A stretch of 64,000 nt of DNA from Eledone cirrhosa (taxonomy: Eukaryota). The notes below the pieces were generated by a model. The model was given only the letters and a program-made list of their open reading frames with translations, made no database searches and was not told the origin of the DNA. Of this stretch, positions 15,031-31,679 are shown piece by piece. The DNA lies in assembly GCA_964016885.1 (NCBI GenBank), contig OZ024753.1, positions 38,502,001 to 38,566,000 of the forward strand. Reading direction: 5' to 3'. How positions within the stretch are numbered: position 1 is the first letter of the stretch; each line of letters starts with the position of its first letter. Position numbers and translations under genes: made by a program.

Positions 15031-15125
15031 TAACAGGTTAAATATTTGCTCTACGGTTCTTATATATTTGATATATATTTATCCTTATCGAGCCCTCTTT
15101 GGATTTTAGTCTTCAATTTTATTAT

Positions 15126-15130
<5 letters not shown>
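15025..15130 (+). mobile_element. family D copy with the hairpin internally deleted
   Basis: TTAAAATAACAGGTT is joined directly to AAATATTTGCTCTACGGTTCT...GTCTTCAATTTTATTATT. Confidence 0.75.
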
Positions 15131-15202
<72 letters not shown>

Positions 15203-15401
15203 TATATTCAAAATAGGGGGTGCACAGTACAAAAAGGCAACACACTCTCTCACACATGTACATATATTTATTAGAATGTGTGTTTTAAATACTGTAATAT
15301 ATAAAACATTCAAACATTACCTAGTTGAGTATTCAATACTTGTGTGTGGATTGTACTTTCTATATAGAAGTGTTCAAAGTTTATCACATTTTATATATTT
15401 T

Positions 15402-15477
<76 letters not shown>

Positions 15478-15568
15478 AGTATATATAACTGCATATTTAT
15501 ATGAATATATGTGAACACACAAAGACACAGACACAGACACACAGACACACACACACACATATATATAT

Positions 15569-15599
<31 letters not shown>

Positions 15600-15642
15600 C
15601 ACATGTACAGTATATACCAATATAAAACAAAACGGTATATAT

Positions 15643-15674
<32 letters not shown>

Positions 15675-16354
15675 CGACAATAATAATAATAATGATTCCA
15701 TTTATTAGCCACAAGGGCCGACATATAGTAATAATAATAATAAAAAGAATGAATGTATTGCGTGGCCGAAGAAAATATAAAAAGGGAAAATTATTATGTT
15801 ATTGTATGAAAGCTTCCTCTACCGACTTCAGTATATTTCGAATGCAAACCTACTGCGTTTTCACTTCATCATAAGCGATTACTAAATCTCTTGTGATGTC
15901 AATAAACATATTTTCGAAGAATGTGTCGAATACGATTATTTATTTCATCTCCACCACCTCACCACTTTGTCGCTCCACCGCCCCGCCACCCATTTTTGAC
16001 CGACTAGGTGATCCCATCTGTGCCGGACGATCTATTAGCGAAGGTGTCATAAGGAAAATTTAATTCTACTAGTTTCTGTCTCAGTAGAGCTGTCGTCTTG
16101 ATGAACGAGGCATGGTGGATTGGAAGTATGTTATATGCTAGTTCGAAGTTTTTCCTCTTTTCTTCATTGAACAAAACACGTATCTGGTTTGCGGGTGACA
16201 AAGACAGATATAATATGGCTTTAGAGACACTTATAAAAACAACTTATTAAATTTATTAAATCTCTTTGCGTCTGCATTCAAAACAAACAAACAAACAAAC
16301 AAACAAACAATAACAACAACAACAACAATAATAAAACAGTTCAAACAAAATAGT

Positions 16355-16850
16355 TATTAATTTAAGCACAAGGCCAGCAATTTCGTGAGGAGAGGACAAT
16401 CGATTATAATGACACCAATACTTCATTCTATCGACCTAGCGAAAGGATGAAAGGGATTTAAACTCAGAACGTAGAGTTGAAAGAAATACCACGCACCTTC
16501 ACTGATTGGACTGGAGCAATATGGTGAAATAAAGTATCTTGCTCAACGACATATCACGCCGTCGGAATCGAAATCAAGACCTTACGATCGTAAACCGAAC
16601 ACCCTAATCACTGAACTACGTTCCTTCACCCACTAGAATAATGTGTTCTGATTTAGGCACAAGGCCAGCAATTTCTGGCAACAGGAAAGTCCATTAAAAA
16701 TATAACTATAAAAACACGCAATATATGTTTTTCATTTCAGCTTTATTATTAGTTAACTTTGTCTTTCATCCTTACGGGGTCGATAAAATAAAGTACCAGT
16801 AATGCACTGGGTAATTGCTGGCCTTATGCCATAAGTAGAAACAATTATTT
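16355..16850. mobile_element. cluster of SINE fragments: family A (16355-16495 -, 16650-16690 -, 16750-16850 +) and family B (16500-16630 -)
   Basis: GCACAAGGCCAGCAA, TTTCATCCTTACGGGGTCGATAAAATAAAGTACCAG and GGACTGGAGCAA...CTTACGATCG motifs. Confidence 0.75.
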
Positions 16851-16876
16851 GTTAATATATAGAACTATATATACAA

Positions 16877-16942
<66 letters not shown>

Positions 16943-17007
16943 GGAAAAAATGAAACGAAATTTCATTTCTCACTCTTAGTATATATGTATATATATATAT
17001 GTATATA

Positions 17008-17097
<90 letters not shown>

Positions 17098-17350
17098 TAT
17101 ATATATATAATAAGGAAGAAGATTTTATTTTTTCAACTCCATTTTATTTCCTATAATGGTGCATTTCAGAGGCGATGAATAGCTTAATAATAATATATAT
17201 ACATATACTGTATGTATGTACACACACACACACACACACACACGCACATATATATACATGTATATATAATATTTCCAATGCTATATAAGTGCAGCTAATA
17301 CGGAGTGACACTTGAAAATTACATTGAAGCCAAATATTGAACTATATAAT

Positions 17351-17720
17351 ACCTACATACATACATACACCATACATACATACGTAGATACATACATACA
17401 TACACCATACATACATACGTAGATACATACATACATACACCATACATACATACGTAGATACATACATACATACACCATACATACATACGTAGATACATAC
17501 ATACACCATACATACATACGTAGATACATACATACATACACCATACATACATACGTAGATACATACATACATACACCATACATACATACGTAGATACATA
17601 CATACATACACCATACATACATACATACGTAGATACATACATACACCATACATACATACGTAGATATATACATACATACACCATACATACATACGTAGAT
17701 ATATACATACACCATAGATA
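17351..17720. repeat. ~35-bp minisatellite (CATACATACATACGTAGATACATACATACATACAC), ~10 copies
   Basis: Direct inspection. Confidence 0.9.
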
Positions 17721-17869
17721 CATATACGCACATACATATACGCAAATACACCTATACACATATTATTATGAGGCCTGATTTCATTTTTAAGTGTCTGTTC
17801 ATATTAGCTGTATGTATGCATCATTGAGTGTGTGTATGTGTGAATTATATATGCATATACTTGTATATG

Positions 17870-17955
<86 letters not shown>

Positions 17956-17958
17956 TAC

Positions 17959-18029
<71 letters not shown>

Positions 18030-18135
18030 TATATACATATATATACATATATATATACATATATATATATATGTTTATATATATTTATATATATATATAT
18101 GTTTATATATATTTATATATATAAATATATGTATA

Positions 18136-18193
<58 letters not shown>

Positions 18194-18210
18194 TATATAC
18201 ATATATATAT

Positions 18211-18276
<66 letters not shown>

Positions 18277-18311
18277 GTTTATATATATTTATATATATAA
18301 ATATATGTATA

Positions 18312-18412
<101 letters not shown>

Positions 18413-18423
18413 TTATATATATT

Positions 18424-18505
<82 letters not shown>

Positions 18506-18680
18506 TGTATATATACAGCGAGAGAGAGATAGAGAGAGAGAGGCACAGGAAAGAGAGGGGAAGGAGAGAGAGTTAGAAATATGTGGAATATAACGGACTG
18601 TGTTATATTTAAGCATTTTCATAACCTTTATTTTGTTGTTGTTGTCGTTGTTGTTGTTGTTCTTATTCTTCTAGTAGTAC

Positions 18681-18716
<36 letters not shown>

Positions 18717-18736
18717 CAGCAGCAGCATTAGTAGTT

Positions 18737-18770
<34 letters not shown>

Positions 18771-18868
18771 CCTTAGTAGCAGTGGTGGTGTTGGTGTAAT
18801 GTCTATTTAGTAATAACAGCATATGTATTTTGTTCCTATGTGGTCGAAATTTCGCAAAGTAGGGTACA

Positions 18869-18921
<53 letters not shown>

Positions 18922-18944
18922 GTAGCATCAACAACAACAATAAT

Positions 18945-19165
18945 AATGATTTCTAGTATAGGCACAAGTACAACAATTTTGGGGGAGGGGAAAGTCGATT
19001 AAATCAACCCCAGTGCGTGACTGGTACTTTATTTTATCGACCCCGTAAGGATGAAAGGCAAAGTTAACCTCGGCGGGATTTTTGAACTCAAATCGTGAAG
19101 GGCCATAACTCTATGCTGCAAAGCATGGTGTCTGACGTTCTAACTATACTGCCAATACACCGCCC
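18945..19165 (-). mobile_element. SINE family A, near full length
   Basis: Same body and tRNA-like head as 6830-7014. Confidence 0.85.
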
Positions 19166-19369
19166 TAGCAACAACAACAATAATAATAACAACAATAATA
19201 ATACCAACAGTAACAAAACGAAAAACAAACAAACAAGCCAAGACAAAGGAGAAAAGGGGAAAATATATATTGAATCTATTGTTAAATCTATTGTCTATTG
19301 TTAAAACCAGATATTTTTACGTCTATATTTTTGCATAAATGTCTTGAAACATCGAATTGAATTTACTGT

Positions 19370-19562
19370 ATCTATATAAGTACATATATCTATATAAGTA
19401 CATATATCTATATAAGTACATATATCTATATAAGTACATATATCTATATAAGTACATATATCTATATAAGTACATATATATATATATATAAGTACATATG
19501 TCTATATAAGTACATATATCTATATAAGTACATATATCTATATAAGTACATATATCTATATG
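19370..19562. repeat. 18-bp minisatellite (TATCTATATAAGTACATA), ~10 copies
   Basis: Direct inspection. Confidence 0.9.
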
Positions 19563-19942
19563 TATATATAAATATATCTATACCTGTATGTATATATATG
19601 AATACATATATCTATATGTATTTATATGAATTACATTCACGCTCATACACGTATATGAATATATATATATATGCATAAATAAATACTTATGGTTATGTAT
19701 ATATTCATATATATATGTATGTATATACACATACACATACACATACACACTCATATAAACATACATTCATACACATACGTGCATACACACGCATATATAT
19801 ATATATATGTACAGTCACACACACACATATATATATACAGTCAAAATGGCTGTCGAGATTCTACTTTACTAAAGTGACACTTAAGTTTCCATAAATAGGT
19901 TTGGTAGAAAAACAACAACGTATAACAATCTGAAATCACCAT

Positions 19943-20905
<963 letters not shown>

Positions 20906-20976
20906 ACTGATTTAAAACGTTTCAGATAAGAATCACGAACTTGTCGTCTAATGGTTTCTTAATAATTAGAGTTATA

Positions 20977-21046
<70 letters not shown>

Positions 21047-21272
21047 CTGGTGTTGGATGCTTAAAGCGCCCGTAAGGGGTAGGCCGTTTGAGTATTCGAT
21101 GGTCTTACAGAGTAGAGCAGAGTTTCTTATATGATATATATATATATATACATATATTATTATACTTTTGGAGGGTCATGTTGCCAATAAGAATCTTGCT
21201 AAACAAATTCAGAAACGAAATATATACATATATATATATTGGAAAATGAGTGAATTCCTTGGTACAGTTAGG

Positions 21273-21555
21273 TATATTTGACAAAAGGAAAAGAATGACT
21301 TCACTTGTAGTTCTAAACAATTTGATTTAATTTTATAATATTATAATATTATGAGTTGGTAGATCTTGACAATCGCCACCGACGAATGCGAGAAAGCTCT
21401 CCAGGAAAGTTAACCAGGAATCTTTAAAAATCTTCCCATCGAAGTGAACAAAGAAGTTACTAGATCTACCAACTCATGATATTATAATATTATAAAATTA
21501 AATCAAACTGTCTAGAACTACAAGTGAAGTCATTCTTTTCCTTTTTTCAAATATA
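21273..21555. mobile_element. TA-associated fold-back element with ~94-bp inverted arms
   Basis: 21273-21366 is the reverse complement of 21462-21555 with few mismatches; ~95-bp spacer; no HHR core found. Confidence 0.8.
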
Positions 21556-21568
21556 TATATATACACAC

Positions 21569-21611
<43 letters not shown>

Positions 21612-21669
21612 TAAAAAAATAATGAATAAAACAATGAAACAGTTCCTTATATTAAACAAAAAAAGTTCA

Positions 21670-21815
21670 TTATTTAACGATCGTTTCTGGGATATATATG
21701 TGTTAGAATTGGCATGTATATTTAACAGATCTATGTACAAAATTATACAAAATTATACAAACTATCAAAATTAAATATACATACCAACTCATATATATGC
21801 CGTCTTCAGAAATAA
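21670..21815 (-). ncRNA. type I hammerhead ribozyme with very long stem II
   Basis: Minus strand: TTATTT CTGAAGA [115-nt hairpin including ATATATATG/CATATATAT and AGTTGGTATGTATATTTAA/TTAAATATACATGCCAATT] GAAA CGATCG TT AAATAA. Confidence 0.75.
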
Positions 21816-21841
21816 AACCGTAAACTCTTGGTAGATTTATC

Positions 21842-21882
<41 letters not shown>

Positions 21883-22800
21883 TAACCTAGTAACACCCAC
21901 TCAAACTTTCATCTTACTCTACTTTTAAATGATAAGAGGAAATTATTTTATTTGGTAGAAGATGGTATATAACTGGGAGACTGAGGCGCAACATAACTAG
22001 GAAGATGGTGAGCATAATTGTGAGATGGGAACCAAGTTGTAGGGCGCTAAAAACACAAGCATTGTTCCTGGGGAGATCATAGTCATGATGGTGGTTATAA
22101 AACTTAGGAGTGGTTCGAACAGTAGGTTGATAAATCTATCAATTCAACCTGCTGCATATTTCATAATTACATATAATGATCAAGGTTTTTGTCTCTGTGA
22201 TGTATTAAATGTTGTAACTTGAATGTTATCTTCAGTTGTCTTATTGTACAAGAAAGCGAGAGAAAATTTATGAAAAAAAAAAACAACAAAAAAAAACAAA
22301 AGAGTTCCTGAAGAAAAGGGAGACCATTCTTACCAGAACCTCATCCTTGTAGTTATACATGCATAACAATACAAACGAAAGTATCTGATATTAGTAGATA
22401 TAATTATTAGAGTAATCATATATTAACTCATACACTGTATATTGAATATTTCATGTGGCAGATTAAACTGTTCTAAAGTTATGCTATTTATATGCAATTC
22501 AACATGGATGTAATTTATTGTCTATATTAGTTAATAACTTCACCCGCCCCCCCAACTATATACATATATATGAGTAATAGCAAAGTTGTACTAGGAAAAA
22601 ACGGAATACGTAGGACGAATGAACAAAAGCATCTATTTTCCTCATCTCCTGGACAATGCAATTTCGTGGGTAAAAATATATATATACATATGTGTGTGTC
22701 TGTGTATGTGTGTGTACGTGTGTGTATGTGTGTGTGTATGTGTATGTATGTATATATTTATATATATATATATATATATAAATATATATATGTATATATA

Positions 22801-22839
<39 letters not shown>

Positions 22840-22860
22840 TCATGTTATTTATGTATCTAT

Positions 22861-22891
<31 letters not shown>

Positions 22892-24492
22892 CATACACAC
22901 ACACACACATATATATATATATATGTCTCTGTCTGTGTGTTTGTGTGTATGTGTACAATATACATATATTTTTTTGAAGAATCAGTGTGCACTGTTGATA
23001 AAGAATGTAATGGATTATTCAGTAACTGTTATTTATACTATTAAGTTTCTCTATTAATATATTATATTTACGTTGGGATTGTCCAGCGTTTTATTTCTTT
23101 GACATTAGATTAGTTAATTCTTTCAATTACGGCACATTCATATCACATTGTTATATTATTCCGATTTGAGGCTTCTAGATTTGATTTTCTCTATCCTAGA
23201 CCTCATCCCGCCTTCCTAATCACTTATGATTGCTATACAATATAACAGATATCATTGTCATATTATACAGTGTATCAAGTTCACTGATATGTTATTACAA
23301 ACACAATACTATATCACCCATCACTTATGATGACCGTTTCGTTTCGTTTTGTGTGAGTTTTTGTTTTGTTTTGGGGTTTTTGTTTTTATATTGCTTGTTG
23401 TTTGTTTGTTTGTGTTCTTTATGGTCGTGTCCGTTGTTGTTTCCCTATCTACCTTTCTTTCTCTCTTTTGTTCTTTCTTTCTTTCCTTTTCCTTCTTTCT
23501 TTCTTTGTTTCTTTCTTTCTTTCTGTTCTTCCTTTCTTTCTATCTCTATTTCACTATTTCTTTCTCTCTGCCCTTCTTTCTCTTTTTCTTTGTTTCTCTC
23601 TCTTTCTTTCTTTCTGTCCTCATTTCTCTCTGTGTTCTTCTTTCTCTCTTTCTCTCTATCTCTCTTTATCTCTTTTTCTTTCTTTTTGTCCTCCTTTCTC
23701 TCTGCCTCTCTCTCTCTCTTTCTCTCTCACACACACACTCCCCTCCCTCTCTGTGTTCTCCTTACATTATACATTCATTATTTATATCTACTGATTCGTT
23801 TTTAGTGTTCTTGCGTTATTAATGAGCAATCTTTATGTTCTATTCAAACATAACAAACATTACAAATCTCTCTCTTCCAGCCATTAACGTGCTGGAGAAA
23901 TCACCCGATTCTATTCAGCGTCAGAGATAATTCCGTAATTTTCCACAATCGTCGTACTCATGTTGAATAGAGAGCGACTAAAAGGGGAAGTAATTGCTGA
24001 TGCCACTATTTGCATTGGTCATAAATATATGATGTTTTAGTATTCACAGACATTAAGTCAATTTCTGTATTTATGCGTTTCTTTACAGTATATAATCAAT
24101 TTTGGTTGATTGTCAGTGTTTATATATTATAAGGTTTTTTATTACATATTTTTTTTGTGTGTTTTCATATTTATTTTAAGTGAGTCTTATTTGTCTTTGT
24201 GTTGCGTTTCTTTTGTGTTCGCCATATTTGTGTGTTTCTGTATATTGTTTTGGTTGGTCTTATGCAGTAATGTTGATGTATTTTGCTTTTCATAATTGAT
24301 GATATGTATTTTGAGCTTTCTCTGTTGTCTAATCAGTGAGAATGCAGCTAGATAGATAGATACCCACCAACTGAAAGATTCTGGGAACTGTCATTATGAC
24401 CGAATGAGAAAAGATGAAAAAACCCCACCAAAAAACGGTGTTGGGAGCTGAGAAAAAACGTGTTTGAGGGTTCATATCCCGTCACTATTGCT

Positions 24493-24526
<34 letters not shown>

Positions 24527-24560
24527 CACACACACACATATATATAACTATATGCATATA

Positions 24561-24616
<56 letters not shown>

Positions 24617-24643
24617 TACACACACACATATAAATATATATGC

Positions 24644-24676
<33 letters not shown>

Positions 24677-24712
24677 TATCTATATATCTATATATGTATG
24701 TATGTATACATA

Positions 24713-24833
<121 letters not shown>

Positions 24834-24888
24834 ATAGTAATAATAATAAATTTGAAAACTTTAAACTTTAATAAATATAAACGTATAT

Positions 24889-25002
<114 letters not shown>

Positions 25003-25385
25003 ATTCTATACCTATGTATATATATATAACGTCTACTGAATCATTCCAATTCATTTCAGTATCAATTTGAGATATAACTCTCATTTTAGTTCACTGTATG
25101 AGTTAATAAAACTAGTGATAAGTAGAGATTGACATACATACATTCACACACATATACATAACATACAGGTTATTCATGCATACATATATACACACATACG
25201 TACCTACATACTTACATACATATCTGCATACATATATACATACTTACACACATATGTCTATACATACATTTATATTTACACATATACAACAGAAAGATAA
25301 AAAAGATAGGTTGAAAGATAGGTAGAAAGATATAGATAGATAGATAGATAGCTAGATAGATAGATAGAGAGATAGATAGATAGTG

Positions 25386-25419
<34 letters not shown>

Positions 25420-25561
25420 CGAGATATATAGATAAACAGATAGACGAACAATTTCCAGCAAATATCAACAGTCTTTATCTGGTTGGGTTTATAATAATTG
25501 GTTTCAGCCTGAGCACACACATACATACACGCACATACACACACATACAGCCCCACAAATA

Positions 25562-25601
<40 letters not shown>

Positions 25602-25698
25602 CACACCCATATATATATGTGAATATATGTATATATACATTTATATATATATAGATATATAGATATATAAGTTTATATATACATACACACACATGCAG

Positions 25699-25793
<95 letters not shown>

Positions 25794-25833
25794 TATATAC
25801 ACACATACATACACACACACAAACACACACATC

Positions 25834-25873
<40 letters not shown>

Positions 25874-25886
25874 CACACACATACAT

Positions 25887-25919
<33 letters not shown>

Positions 25920-25938
25920 CATATATATATACACACAC

Positions 25939-26010
<72 letters not shown>

Positions 26011-26013
26011 ATA

Positions 26014-26090
26014 TAATAGTTCCACAACAGTTAGTTCATCATACCGAACCAAATGTTTCACCTTAAGCGGATCTTCAGCTCGGTGTTTAT
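26014..26090 (-). mobile_element. TA-embedded element family F with degenerate HHR
   Basis: Minus 26043-26084: ACCGAG CTGAAGA tCCgcttaaGGt GAAA CATTTGG TTCGGT. The cleavage triplet is not intact. Confidence 0.65.
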
Positions 26091-26105
26091 ATATATATAT
26101 GTATG

Positions 26106-26196
<91 letters not shown>

Positions 26197-26461
26197 TTAT
26201 ATATATAAACACATGTATTTATGCATATATTTATGTATATACATATTCTGTGTGTGTGAGCGTTCGTGTGTGAATACGTATGTGTATGTGTGTGTATGTA
26301 TGTGTGTGTATGTATGTGTGCGTATGTGTGTATGTGTGTGTGTGTATGTATGTATACACACCCATATATATATTTGAATATATGTATATATACATTTATA
26401 TATATATAGATATATAGATATATAGATATATAAGTTTATATATACATACACACACATGCAG

Positions 26462-26496
<35 letters not shown>

Positions 26497-26595
26497 CACA
26501 CCCATATGTATATATGTGAATATATGTATATATACATTTATATATATATAGATATATAGATAAATAAGTTTATATATACATACACACACATGCAG

Positions 26596-26684
<89 letters not shown>

Positions 26685-27861
26685 TTGTATATATGTATAC
26701 ATATATACACCTGTGTTTCATATATATACATATATACCCTGTCGCATATGCGCCTCCAATCACAGTCACGTATACATACACGCTTCTCTCACTTTAGATA
26801 TGAAGGTTGAATGTAATCTGAAAGCAGAAGTGTGTAATAGTGACAAGTAAAATAACAACAGAAAAATAAAACCAAGGTGAAACAACAAAACAAGAAATCT
26901 TTAAAAGAAAATATAATATAAACAAAGGAAAAACAACAAGTAATAAAACAAAAACATAGAAATAAAACAAAGAAGAAATATAAGCGATCTACATCTCCCT
27001 TCTTTCGTTCTGTGTCATCAAGCAGAATGTAAACGCTACGTGTGTCTTGTAAAATGGCCGCGAGCAAGTTCCAGCTGAATTTCTTTCCCCTTGCTCCTTC
27101 TCTAACTTCCATTTGGTCGTACGTTTTATAATTAGATTTTAATGAGTGACCGATTTTGATGGAATAATTTGTTTGTTGGAGTAAAAACAAAAAATAATGA
27201 AGAAAAACAACAACAACAACAACAGAAAAATAATACAGAAAAAAAAAATACAAAAGGTGAGATGGAAAATACAGGAAGATTTGATAGTAGCAGAGAAGAA
27301 GAAGAGGAGAAAAACAATAGAATAAAAAAACAAGAAGAAATATTATGAGACAAACAACGGAATAAGTTCGTGCTGAAATTTGTAAGAAAATTAAACATAT
27401 AATACAATAAAATAAAAATGGCGGAGAGAAACTATATATTTTTAAATGGATTTTGACAAGCAAATTAACAAACCAAACTAAATTTGAACTTCTTGCAGAA
27501 ACTGTAATAATAAAAATAATAATAATGATAATTTTTATCATAATATTGGCTTATTTCGTTATTTACTGTGGTGGAAATATGAAGCGGTCTGTAATGTGTT
27601 GGGTCATAGGGGGCGCTGTTAAAGACCTCGTCATCGTCCTTGTCCTCGTCCTCGTGTAGACTATCAACAGAATATCACTCAAGGAGAGACCATGAACCCA
27701 TCATTTTCTATATTCAGCACACAGACACACGCACAGACACACGCACAGACACACGCGCACACACAGACACACTGACACACTGACACACAGACACACACGC
27801 ATATAGATATGTATGTGTATATATATATATACTTATCTATCTATCTATCTATCTATCTATA

Positions 27862-27967
<106 letters not shown>

Positions 27968-28005
27968 TATATACACACACATACATACACACACACAACC
28001 CCCCC

Positions 28006-28047
<42 letters not shown>

Positions 28048-28070
28048 TATATACACACACATACATACAT

Positions 28071-28155
<85 letters not shown>

Positions 28156-28166
28156 TATATACACAC

Positions 28167-28270
<104 letters not shown>

Positions 28271-28277
28271 ATATATA

Positions 28278-28352
28278 TAATAGTTCCACAACAGTTAGTT
28301 CACCATACCGAACCAAATGTTTCACCTTAAGCGGATCTTCAGCTCGGTGTTT
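28278..28352 (-). mobile_element. family F second copy (part of a local duplication, offset 2264 bp)
   Basis: Near-identical to 26014-26090; the downstream unique sequence 26190-26340 recurs at 28575-28716. Confidence 0.7.
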
Positions 28353-28365
28353 ATATATATATATG

Positions 28366-28541
<176 letters not shown>

Positions 28542-28891
28542 GGGGGTTGTGTGTGTGTATGTGTGTATATATATATATTTATTTATATATATAAACACAT
28601 GTATTTATGTATATATTTATGTATATACATATTCTGTGTGTGTGAGCGTTCGTGTGTGAATACGTATGTGTATGTGTGTGTATGTATGTGTGTGTATGTG
28701 TGTATGTGTGTGTATGTCTGGTCTCTGGCTATCATCTCATTCATATGCTGTCCCCTAATTCTACCCATTGTCGACATAAATCTGGGGTTGATCCATGGAT
28801 ATCTACCCACTCACCACCCCTTCCCCTCCTTCACCTTCATATTTCCACTACTTTCCTTGACATCCAACCTCCATCTCTTTCTCTATTTGTC

Positions 28892-29000
<109 letters not shown>

Positions 29001-29018
29001 GTCTCTCTCTATTGAACA

Positions 29019-29235
29019 TTCAGTATTTTCCAGCATGCCATCCGCCCTCATAATGTGAACTTGTTTTTCATGTCATCCGCCCTCATAAGTTGACCAAAGG
29101 ATTTTAATCTTGTTTGCCAACCAATGCTTGCCAAGTTCTGTCTGGTTTCATTTGTTCTAGAATTGATCTGTTTATTCTTCTTCCTTTCCATAATATTCTC
29201 AATAATCTTCTCCGACTCATTTCCAATCTACCTGG
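29019..29235 (-). pseudogene. RTE (BovB-like) LINE ORF fragment, degenerate
   Basis: Minus translation RLEMSRRRLLRILWKGRRINRSILEQMKPD resembles the RTE/BovB motif RRLLRVPWTARRSNQSIL. 28720-28865 looks like a further RTE-like C-terminal piece. Confidence 0.7.
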
Positions 29236-30171
29236 TTTCTTTTATATCTTGTTTGTTAATCGTCCACCTCTCCACACCTCTTCATACAACTATCACACTC
29301 TGATTATCTTTCACTTTCAGGGTTTATTTTAAGGAAATATTAGAACAGCACAGCTCTTAGAGGCATGTACCATAACCCAGTGTTTGATATTCTCTGAGTC
29401 AGAGAAACATTTATAATATGATGGCTATTTGAAATATTTCATGAGCGTCTTAACTCTTTTTAACCATAATATACCATGTAGTCACATGTAGTATTTGACA
29501 CAAAATGTAAACTTACTACACAAAATTAGATAGAACGACACAAGCAGGGGCCAACTACACATTAAAATAATGTTTTCTTTTTATTTTGTAAAATTCAGAA
29601 ATAGCATGAAATAAATTGTAAACTGTTTTATTTTGTTCCACTATTCTTATAAACCATTTTCACTCATTTATTTTTAACTTGCATTGTACAGGCTTTCTTA
29701 ATAGAATCTCAACCACATATCTCGCAATATTTCATATAAAATATAAAATATCAGTCAAAATTAATAGATTATATATAATCAACTCAGTTTGCTGTGAGGT
29801 TGAGGAAGTTATTTGCAATAAACATAAACAACTTTAGTGTCCTTAGGAAACGATACGCTGGGCACACAATAATTAACTGAAGCTTCATCATCAGTCAAGT
29901 AAATTATTCTGGTTGTTTTCCTATTTTATCCAGTAACCTTGAACAGAATTTGAATTCAGAGAACAGAAAGCCAGAGCGAATACTGCAAAGTATTCTATCC
30001 CACTCTACTAATTTACCGTCTATCGACCAAAACTACGAGTAAATACATACTACTTGCAGCGTTTAGTTCAAAGACTTCTTCAAGGTCACCACTGGTTTTA
30101 TCCTTGACACAATACTTGGCATTAGGCCACTGAAGAACCCGATTCAACTGTCTAGTTCTTAATTGAATATA

Positions 30172-30460
30172 TTATATATTATTATATATAAAGGTCTGAG
30201 TTTAAATCCCGCCGAGGTTTACTTTGCCTTTCATCCTTACGGGGTCGATAAAATAAAGTACCAGTAATGCACTGGGTAATTGCTGGCCTTGTGCCTAAAG
30301 TAGAAACAATTATATATTATTATATATAAAGGTCTGAGTTCAAATCCCGCCGAGGTTAACTTTGCTGTTCTTCCTTATGGGATCGACAAAACAAAGTACC
30401 AGTAATGAACTGGGATAATTGCTGGCCTTGTGCCAAAAGTAGAAACAGTTATTATTATTT
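30172..30460 (+). mobile_element. tandem dimer of 5'-truncated SINE family A (138-bp period)
   Basis: AAGGTCTGAGTT at 30191 and 30329, each preceded by the same TTATATATTATTATATATA. Confidence 0.85.
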
Positions 30461-31186
30461 TCTCCTTTTGATATCACAATAAAAGTCCCCATTGTCATCT
30501 TCGCTTGTATTCTTCACGCGTTTCCCCCTTCCGCTCCATCACCAATTGTTCGTATCACGGAACGTAAAATGACCAAACAACCATAAAATAATGCTGGATA
30601 TAGTCTGTATACTAATTCCTTATTTTTAGCCGCAATAACTAAATGAAAGGAAAAAATAAAGAAGAAGAAAAGCAAAGAAAAGAAAGGCGCTCACATTTTC
30701 TCCAGTAATCTGTAAAGAGTAATTGAAACACGATTAGCATGAGAATTTCCTGATTTCGTTGAAAGAAAATCCTTCAGTTCTTTGCTGGTTTAATTCGACT
30801 AGAACATTCTACTGTAAGAAGAGATCATCACGAAGAATTACTATAGAAATAGGATAAAGTTACAAGTATAATCGGAATAGATGCAAAGAAATATAGATAA
30901 TTACAGATAAATGTTAGTTGATAAAAACAATTGTTAAAATGAAAAAAAAATAGAGTATTCTATTTTTGATGAGGGGTGGGTAGGATAGAGGATAAAATGG
31001 TCCGTATGTAATCAAAAGGTTCATGATTGATTTTTTCATTAGACACAAGACCAACATATGTAAGACAGCGGGTGAGGGTACGGTGGGGGCAGGGCTGGGT
31101 GGATGTGTTGTAGGTTGACTGAATCGATCTCAGTAAAAGGAGTTGAACAATAAAAGCTAATTCGATTTGAGCATCTACACTGCAAA

Positions 31187-31360
31187 TCTTCTTCTTCTTC
31201 TTCTTCTTCTTGAGAGAGAGTCTTGGGTGGAAGAATCCCCAGACACGCCATCCAAAGGGTCCTATCAGAAACAAATATTAACTATTGATTACCCAAATCG
31301 ACAAACTGACATATGGAACCATAGAATAAGGTGTCCAAAACACCCCAGAATACAACTGGT
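31187..31360 (-). mobile_element. possible LINE 3' end with (GAA)n tail
   Basis: Minus LGCFGHLILW resembles the RTE motif LRWFGHV, and the segment ends in a GAA repeat. Weak. Confidence 0.3.
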
Positions 31361-31631
31361 ACCTGGAATATATCCAATGTATCCTTTCTTGCTAGAAGAA
31401 GGACACATTATATAAATAGAATAATATCCTTTCTTAGACAGATGTCCCTTCTTGGCCAAATAAAGATGGAGGATTACCCGGACAATGCACCAGGCTAACA
31501 AAGGATCTTTCCCAAACACAATAACGCAATGTTCGGACATTGACTGGGTGCACTCAGTGCGATTTTGTAGTGGTAGCAGTAGCAGCAGCAGCAGCAGCAG
31601 TCGTAGCAGCAGTAGCAGCAGTAGCAGCAGC

Positions 31632-31679
<48 letters not shown>

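Noticed and set aside
26733-26790. TACCCTGT resembling the 5' end of miR-10
   Set aside because: The match stops after 8 nt and there is no precursor hairpin.
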